Part shown: positions 55,740-64,000 of the stretch, in pieces
Numbering within the stretch: position 1 is the first letter of the stretch
Layout: every line of letters begins with the position of its first letter
Assembly: GCA_951406725.2 (NCBI GenBank)
Contig: OX597818.1
Coordinates: 53,506,001 to 53,570,000 of the forward strand
Length of the DNA stretch: 64,000 nt
DNA from: Octopus vulgaris
Taxonomy: Eukaryota
Reading direction: 5' to 3'
The notes under the pieces: model-generated
What the model was told of the DNA's origin: nothing
What the model saw: only the letters and a program-made list of their open reading frames with translations
Databases searched by the model: none
Program-made: the position numbers and the translations under genes

Positions 55740-56070
55740 CTGAAATTTGGGAGAGGGTCTCGAGTTTTTCACTGATACTTAATTTATCGACCCTGAAAGG
55801 ATGAAAGGCAAAGTCGACCTTGGCAGAATTTGAAACCAGAACATAAAGACAGACGAAATGTCTATTTCTTTACTACCCACAAGGGACTAAACACAGAGAG
55901 GACAAACAAGGACAGACAAACGAATTAAGTCGATTATATCGGCCCCAGTGCGTAACTGGTACTTTCTTAATCGACCCCGAAAGGATGAATTTGAACTCAG
56001 AACGTAACTGCAGACGAAATACGACTACGCATTTCGCCCGGCGTGCTAACGATTCTGCCAGCTCGCCGCT
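55740..56070 (-). mobile_element. SINE family B between TAA arrays
   Basis: Reverse-complement consensus; (TAA)n at 55660-55729. Confidence 0.88.
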
Positions 56071-56082
56071 TTAATAATAATG

Positions 56083-56314
56083 AGAAGAAGAAGAAGAAGA
56101 AGAAGAAGAAGAAGAAGAAGAAGAAGAAGAAGAAGAAGAAGAAGAAGAAGAGGAGGAGGAGGAGGAGGAAAATTAAGAAGAAGAAGAAGGTGGTGGAGGA
56201 GGAGGAGGAGGAGGAGGAGGAGGAGGAGAAGGAGGAAAATGAAGAAGAAGAAGAAGAAGAAGAAGAAGAAGAAGAAGAAGAAGAAGAAGAAGAGGAAAAA
56301 GAAGAAGAAGAAGA
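56083..56314. repeat. (GAA)n/(GGA)n polypurine tract
   Basis: Directly visible. Confidence 0.98.
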
Positions 56315-56680
56315 ATGCCACACTAGGACAGAGTCACTCTTTATTCAGGAAACGGCCCCGGCTGGAGCAGTATTGATACTTGTGTTGACACAGTTCTTAT
56401 CGTGTTTAAACCAGTAGAGAAGACGACGACGGGAGATTTCCAGTCTATTTCTCTCTCGCTAGTAACATATAAATTACTTTACACCAACAGAAATAGTGTA
56501 AACACAGAAAAGTCATTCACTAACGTGGAAAAATGGCGTGAAAAAAACAATGATAAAAAATAGAAAAAAATATTTGAGAAAATGGTAAAATAAATGAAGA
56601 GACAAAAAACGAAAAAAAGAGAGAAGTTAAAACTCCGTGTCAAAAGACCTACGTTGATGAAATGAGGAGAATGTTTACAT

Positions 56681-57415
<735 letters not shown>

Positions 57416-58719
57416 TATACGCATATAGATACAATGATACACACACATACAGAGTGACACATGCGTTCATATACAAACACACATTCAAAAAGGGACAATG
57501 CATCTCTCTCTCTCCCTCTCCCTCTCTCTCTCTCTCTCCATTTCTTAATCTTTTTCTCTCCCTCCCTTTCTCACTCTTTCTCTCTTTCCCTGTCTATAAC
57601 TTTTTTTACTTAAATTTCTTCGTATGAATTTATTCGAGGCTTTTTTTCTTCCCGTTTAATTTCTTTCGCTTGACATTTAGTTATCGAGTACACTCATTAA
57701 AAAAAAAAAAGTCTATATTAATTAATACATTTCCTGTGAAGTACACTATCATCTATTATCGATATAAATCTTTTCTGTGCGATTTTAAGGTCTAGATTTT
57801 AAATCACTTCCGACTGAGCAGAATTAGAATGTTTTTCTAATAAAACAGAATTTAGATTTACACACAAATTGCGGTGTGTGAATCCATTCACATCGCCGAA
57901 GAAATTATGGTTATTAATAACATATAAGTTATAATAAGTCTGTTGTGGAACCATATGGACAACTGTTGTGTTAATAAATCTTATTAAATATATTATATTA
58001 ATTAAATATATCATATTACTCTGCGGATATGAAATTATTTACTAGAAAAAAAATGGTTTCTTAATAATCTACATCATTTCGCCATATTAAGTTTATAAGT
58101 TACGGGTAATTGTTTGTGACTTAAAACATGTTCATACATTTTCTCGTCGAAATTTATTTATATACATATATGCACAAACACACACACGCGCGCGCGCGCG
58201 CATGCATATACACACAGACAGACACACACGCGCGCGCGCGCGCGAATATTTCATTATATATTGCAAGCGGGAAGATAACTCGCTACTTTCTAGCTCGAAG
58301 ACCACTAAATCATGTGATTTCGACCTCATATTGACCATACTCAGTGAACGATACGCATCTGTCGAGTTTAGATGTAGTTTACTTTATATATATATATATA
58401 TATATTAGAGCATATATATATATATATATATATGCTCTAATGCTCTTAGGTTAATTTTTCCTTGGGGCTGGCCAGATTGTAGCAATCTCAAGATTAATCA
58501 GCCGAAATTGCGAGGATGATCCGGTTCTTGACTGAAGATAAAAGGCTTCGAATGACCCGTCCGTGTTTTTTGTATTGCCTATCTGGATGTTTTCTTGTCC
58601 TTTTTTGTATCACCTAGTTGTCCGGATGTTTTGCGTTCTTGTCCCATTTTGTATTTCATTATATATATATAACGTATATATAATGAACACGGGCACAAAC
58701 ACGTACGCATACACGCACT

Positions 58720-59060
58720 TTGTCTTGAAAGTAATGCAAAAGTGGGACTAACTTTTTATTGACTGACGTAGGCCGTTCAAAATAAACAAATTGGTTGAGT
58801 ATCTCTTCCTCTGTTCAAAGTACAACTGAACATAATCTCCATAACATGGGATGCATTTGCTCCGTCATTGAATCCAACTCTCTTATCCGCTCCGAAAAAA
58901 CATTCAGCCATGCGCTTTTGTACCCACTTCTTCACAACCGTTTTCTCTATGTCCGTCAAATCGTTATCTTCAAAAATTGTCGTTTATTGGATTGATCAAG
59001 TAGAAGTCGGAGGACCCCAATCTAGGCTATGCAGGGGATGGGGTCCGCTGGTAGCCCCAG
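58720..59060 (-). mobile_element. Decayed mariner transposase C-terminal remnant
   Basis: HPLHSLDWG.SDFYL (cf. HPPYSPDLAPSDF), FEDND...VVKKWV...FF, KCIPCYGDYVQ. Confidence 0.7.
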
Positions 59061-59264
59061 TCTGCCGATGGCGTCTAGTCTCTTGTTAAATCTGCCCTGA
59101 TCAATGTAGACCGTTTTCTGATTACTGCGTCGTCTCTATCTTTTCTATCTCATAATGGCCGCTCAAGTACCTTTTCTCTTCCGCTCTCTCCCGCCTTCAC
59201 TCACTCACTCACTCTCCCTCCCTCCCTCCCCACTCTCTCTTTCTGTATAAAAAATAAATATATG

Positions 59265-59510
59265 CGCCCTTTTAAAGCCTAGCCAGGCTCAAGTGTCCGG
59301 TTTTCTGGTTTCTATGGCGTATGTGTTCCCCAGCAGGACGGGACGCCAGTCCATCACAGCATTACTCATTTTTGCCAGCTGAGTGGACTGGAGCAACGGG
59401 AAATGAAGTGTTTTGCTCAAGAACACAACGTGTCGCCCAGTTCAGGAATCGAAACCACAATCTTACAATCATGGTGCTGACTCCCTAACCACTAAGCTAC
59501 ACGCTTCCAC
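59265..59510 (-). mobile_element. SINE (head D-type core, tail type 1)
   Basis: Core as at 31605-31845; tail GATGGACTGGCGTCCCGTCC...GGCTAGGCTTTAAAAGGGCG as at 13127-13220. Confidence 0.85.
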
Positions 59511-60622
59511 CTTTCTCTGTATATATCTGTATATGTGAGTTTGTGTGAGTGCCTATGTGTGTATGTATATATAGGCAAATCAAAAAAATAAGAAAAACAG
59601 GAAAGGCAACAAAAATCAATTAGACGTGCACAGTTAATATATTACATTGACGTTCAATGAAAGATTTAGATGGGATAAATAGGAGTTGAAATGAACGTTT
59701 CAAGCATGACAATTCGTCAGGAAAAGGAAATAGTCCAGAGAGGAGGAAAACGGGGAAAGAACAGACAGTCCGTACATACACACACACATATGCTCTCACA
59801 GAGTCACATACACACACATATACATGTGTGTGTGTGTGTGTCTGTCTCTCTGTCTGTGTGTGTTGCAGAACAAGGCAAAAGTGGAGAGAGATGTAGAGAT
59901 TTTATTGTTGCCGATATTTAGGCAACCCACGTAACGTACAGGCCGATGATCAAAGACACTCCTGCAGTGATCATCCTGTTGAAATCTACGGCCACATTCA
60001 TTCAGTATCGCCTATATTCTAAAATGTCAGGGTACGATAAGAGGAAGATTTCGCTTCTGTTTGCAGGCAGGTTCGCTATCACGTGGTCGACTCTCAAAAA
60101 CAAAACAAAAAAAAAACAAAAGATAGAAATTAAACAAAGAGTCTGTGTGCAACAGATTTAAGTTCACAGATTCACTGTTCATTTAAATTCTCTTATCCTT
60201 TCTATAGAGGCCTCAGTTTCATTGAACCAGAAAATTGTTGTGACACTTCCGCATGATTCCTGACGATACCTCTCCACTCCTTTCTCTTATGATGCAATAT
60301 CTTTTGCAATAACCCCCAATCCTAACTTCTCACAGAGTTCATCGCTGCAGTCCTTGCCCTGTCTACGTGATGTCTACGTGCAACGAAATGCTGACCCGCC
60401 ATTTAGACACCAACCATATGCTCAGAGAGAGAGAGGGGGGCGAGAGAGAGAGATAAGAAAGAGAAAGATGGAGTGGAAGATGGGGAGGTTGCAAACGTCA
60501 TGCGTACTGCCAACCTGCACATCCTCATTCTCTTCGTATCTCCTTATCTATGTATCAAAGAGGGGAAAAGTGAAAAATAAAAGGCATGCCACGATATGCA
60601 TACATTTACACACGTATACACG

Positions 60623-60623
<1 letters not shown>

Positions 60624-60682
<59 letters not shown>

Positions 60683-60699
60683 CAGATAGACAGATAGAC

Positions 60700-60786
<87 letters not shown>

Positions 60787-61053
60787 CAGACAGAGAAAGA
60801 GAGCAACAAGACACATACCAATCTGTCTGCTGCAAAGTATGGTTGAACCTGGAATCTTCTGAAGAGAAACCAAATCCTTAATTCATATGCTACAAATGAT
60901 CACGATATTTGGAACCGTAAATATCTGCAAAACCTTCTCAAGATTTCAAGGATGATGGTTAAAACGGGATGCTTTTCTTCACAACATTGCTACCAAGTCG
61001 GTGGCCGGTCAAAATTTACTCTAAATTAAAAAGTGAAAAAGAACATACATACA

Positions 61054-61086
<33 letters not shown>

Positions 61087-61264
61087 GGATAGATAAATAT
61101 CAATTTTCTATGAGATAAAGTTTGCCAAATTTCGGTTTACTAGCCATCATCAGGGTTTTTCTTGGTAAAAGTTTATTAAATATGGTACTCAATTAAAATG
61201 AACTGAGTGATCATTTAAGTTAGCGTTCGTTCGACTGTTATTATATAGATAGATAGGTAGATAT

Positions 61265-61325
<61 letters not shown>

Positions 61326-61461
61326 AGACAGACAGACGGACAGACGGGCGAACGGACAGACAGACAGTCAGGCAGGCAGGCAGACAGGCGGGCAGATAGG
61401 CAGACATGCAGGCAGACAGATAGATATATACATACATGCATAGACAGACAGACAGACAGAC

Positions 61462-61538
<77 letters not shown>

Positions 61539-61607
61539 TAGACAGTCAGACAGACAGACAGACAGACAGACAGTCAGACAGATAGATAGTGAGAGAGAGA
61601 AACAGAG

Positions 61608-61672
<65 letters not shown>
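60624..61672. repeat. Two (AGAT)/(AGAC)n compound microsatellites (60624-60795, 61245-61672)
   Basis: Directly visible. Confidence 0.95.
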
Positions 61673-61677
<5 letters not shown>

Positions 61678-62117
61678 TGATGGACGGTACGTATGGAAAA
61701 TGTCACAGAAAGAAGAGAGTCGACTGTGTGTTTTGAGTAAAGAATCAATGATAAAGAAAGGGGAAAGAAAAGAAAGAAGTGTATATAGAATTCACACTTA
61801 AGCTAACAAGAGCTGGCTATGTAATATGGCGGATATAAACAGTGGGAAATGTTGACTGTCAAACTGTGTGTGATAAATAGACAGTGGAAGGGGAAACAAG
61901 AAAATGTTTATTTGGCTTTGCTGAAGGTGTCACCATCACGTCAGTTTGTATCGGTTTATAGAAGAGAACAGTAATTAAATGGGTGTCACTTTATTTATCA
62001 TTAAGATCACCGATGCTTCCAGAATATATCTTAATAAACGCGAGCTAACCAATAAGAGCGTGTAGGCCGGGGGTTTTCAAACCGATGCGTCGTTGATTGC
62101 TGTTGTACTGCGATATA

Positions 62118-62717
62118 TCTATTCCTTTACTACCCACAAGGGACTAAACACAGAGGGAACGAACAAGGACAGATAAACGATTAAATCGATTACATCGACC
62201 CCAGTGCGTAACTGGTACTTATTTAATCGACCCCGAAAGGATGAAAGGCAAAGTCGACTTCGGCGGAATTTGAACTCAGAACGTAACGACAAACGAAATA
62301 CCTATTTCTTTACTATCCACAAGGGGCTAAACATAGAGGGGACAAACAAGGACAGACAAACGGATTAAGTCGATTACATCGACCCCAGTGCGTAACTGGT
62401 ACTTAATTTATCGACCCCGAAAGGATGAAAGGCAAAGTCGACCTCGGCGGAATTTGAACTCAGAACGTAACGACAGACGAAATGCCTATTTCTTTACTGC
62501 CCACAAGGGGCTAAACACAGAGAGGACAAACAAGGGCAGACACACGGATTAAGTCGATTACATCGACCCCAGTGCGTAACTGGTACTTAATTTATCGACC
62601 CCGAAAGGATGAAAGGCAAAGTCGACCTCGGTGGAATTTGAACTCAGAACGTAACGGCAGACGAAATACCGCTAAGCATTTCGCCCGGCGCCCTAACGTT
62701 TTTGCGAGAACGCCGCC
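62118..62717 (-). mobile_element. SINE family B trimer with TSD
   Basis: TTGTACTGCGAT at 62103-62114 and 62718-62729. Confidence 0.92.
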
Positions 62718-63063
62718 TTGTACTGCGATGTATCGTCAAGTCTGTCAGGAGACGTGACTATCTATACTGCTGATGTAACAAAAGCTCTAAGAAAACAATC
62801 ATGTATTTTTAAAAGTATTAAAAAGAAAAAGCAGAAAATGAAATCCTCTTTTATAGATCTTGATAAGCTCCTCACCTTTTCAATGAGAAAGTAATAAATT
62901 TCTTGTAGATTAAATCAGGGGCCTCAGCCGCCAGGTTACATACGAGTATTTGGCCGTAGATCATTTGGTGCTGTGCCGCACAGGGAGAGAATAAGTTTTC
63001 AAATTTTATTTCTATTTCATTGATAATCACAGTCTGCAGGATATTTTTTGCATTATATGTATG

Positions 63064-63223
63064 GGCGCAGGGTTGGCTGTGTAGTAAATAGCTTGCTTAC
63101 CAACCACATGGTTCCAGGTTCAGTCCCACTGCATGACACTTTGGGCAAGTGTCTTCTACTATAGCCTCGGGCCGACCAAAGCCTTGTGAGTGGATTTGGT
63201 AGACGGAAACTGAAAGAAACCAG

Positions 63224-63269
<46 letters not shown>

Positions 63270-63482
63270 ATGTGTGTGTGCGTGTGAGCGTGCGTGTGTG
63301 TGTTTGTCCCCCAACATCGCTTGATAACCAATACTGGTGTGTTTACGTCCCTGTTCAGCAAACGAGATCGATAGAATAAGTACCAGGCTTACAAAGAATA
63401 CATCCTGGGGTCGATTTGTTCGACTAAAGGTGGTGTTCCAGTATGGCCGCAGTCAAATGACTGAAACAAATAAAAGAATGAA
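63064..63482 (+). mobile_element. SINE family A
   Basis: Full head, microsatellite centre and tail. Confidence 0.9.
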
Positions 63483-63506
63483 AAAGAAAATTACAAACAG
63501 ACAGAC

Positions 63507-63561
<55 letters not shown>

Positions 63562-64000
63562 AAGGCGTGTATGTGTGTATGTATGTATGCATGCATGTGT
63601 GTGTTTTATATTCGTAATAATTAAATTATGTCTTATGCATTTTTATGGTGTCTTGTTATGTACATGATCCCGCAATCTTTGAAACAATTTTTGTGTTGCA
63701 TGAAACAGGTCCGTAGAGCAAAAACGTTTGGGGTCGCTTAAAGTAATCATTGGTGCTCAAGGAAGTGTTTATGTGTCGATAAGTATCACCAGTTAACGTT
63801 GTTCACTCGACACACACAGAGACAAAGTTTGCCAGACATGTTATTTGATTCTTCCTTCCATCATTTCTTTCTTCCTCTCCTCTCTTCGTTTTACCGTTTT
63901 GCGCTTACTGCTTTCTCTCTTTCTTTCTCTCTCTCTCTCTCACTCGCTTGTTTTCACTCTCTCTCTCTCTGTCTATATAGGTCTCTCTGTCTGTCTATCC

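Noticed and set aside
56043-56417. Poly-K/E/R ORF
   Set aside because: GAA/GGA microsatellite.
57780-58130. Possible conserved enhancer or miRNA hairpin (GCGGTGTGTGAATCCATTCACATCGC)
   Set aside because: The hairpin is too short for a pre-miRNA, and conservation cannot be assessed from this window.
58525-58565. CTGAAGA...CGAA motif (also ~46230-46265, minus strand)
   Set aside because: Lacks GAAA and a matching stem I; not counted as a hammerhead.
61118-61160. Minus-strand CTGATGA-TGG...CC-GAAA
   Set aside because: No UH triplet or complementary stem I; at best a decayed relic.

Overview
AT-rich, repeat-saturated eukaryotic non-coding DNA. The SINE families and microsatellite style suggest an octopus (Octopus sp.) genome; this is recognition, not a database result. 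I found no intact host protein-coding gene, and nearly all listed ORFs are translated microsatellites or SINEs. The window is a nested mosaic of: three or more tRNA-derived SINE families; decayed mariner transposase pieces; R4/Dong-, HERO- and RTE-type LINE 3' ends; non-autonomous Helitron/Helentron elements; and Penelope-like element (PLE) remnants with RT/GIY-YIG sequence. The main hidden signal is about 20 hammerhead-ribozyme (HHR) motifs from many unrelated short repeat families, mostly within inverted-repeat units bordered by (TA)n. They include intact minimal type I HHRs (9355, 29119, 29611, 45833), several U3-A8 covariant cores, and one HHR with a full stem III and a long extended stem I at 30260-30406. 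All ribozyme calls are by-eye folds, and activity is untested.
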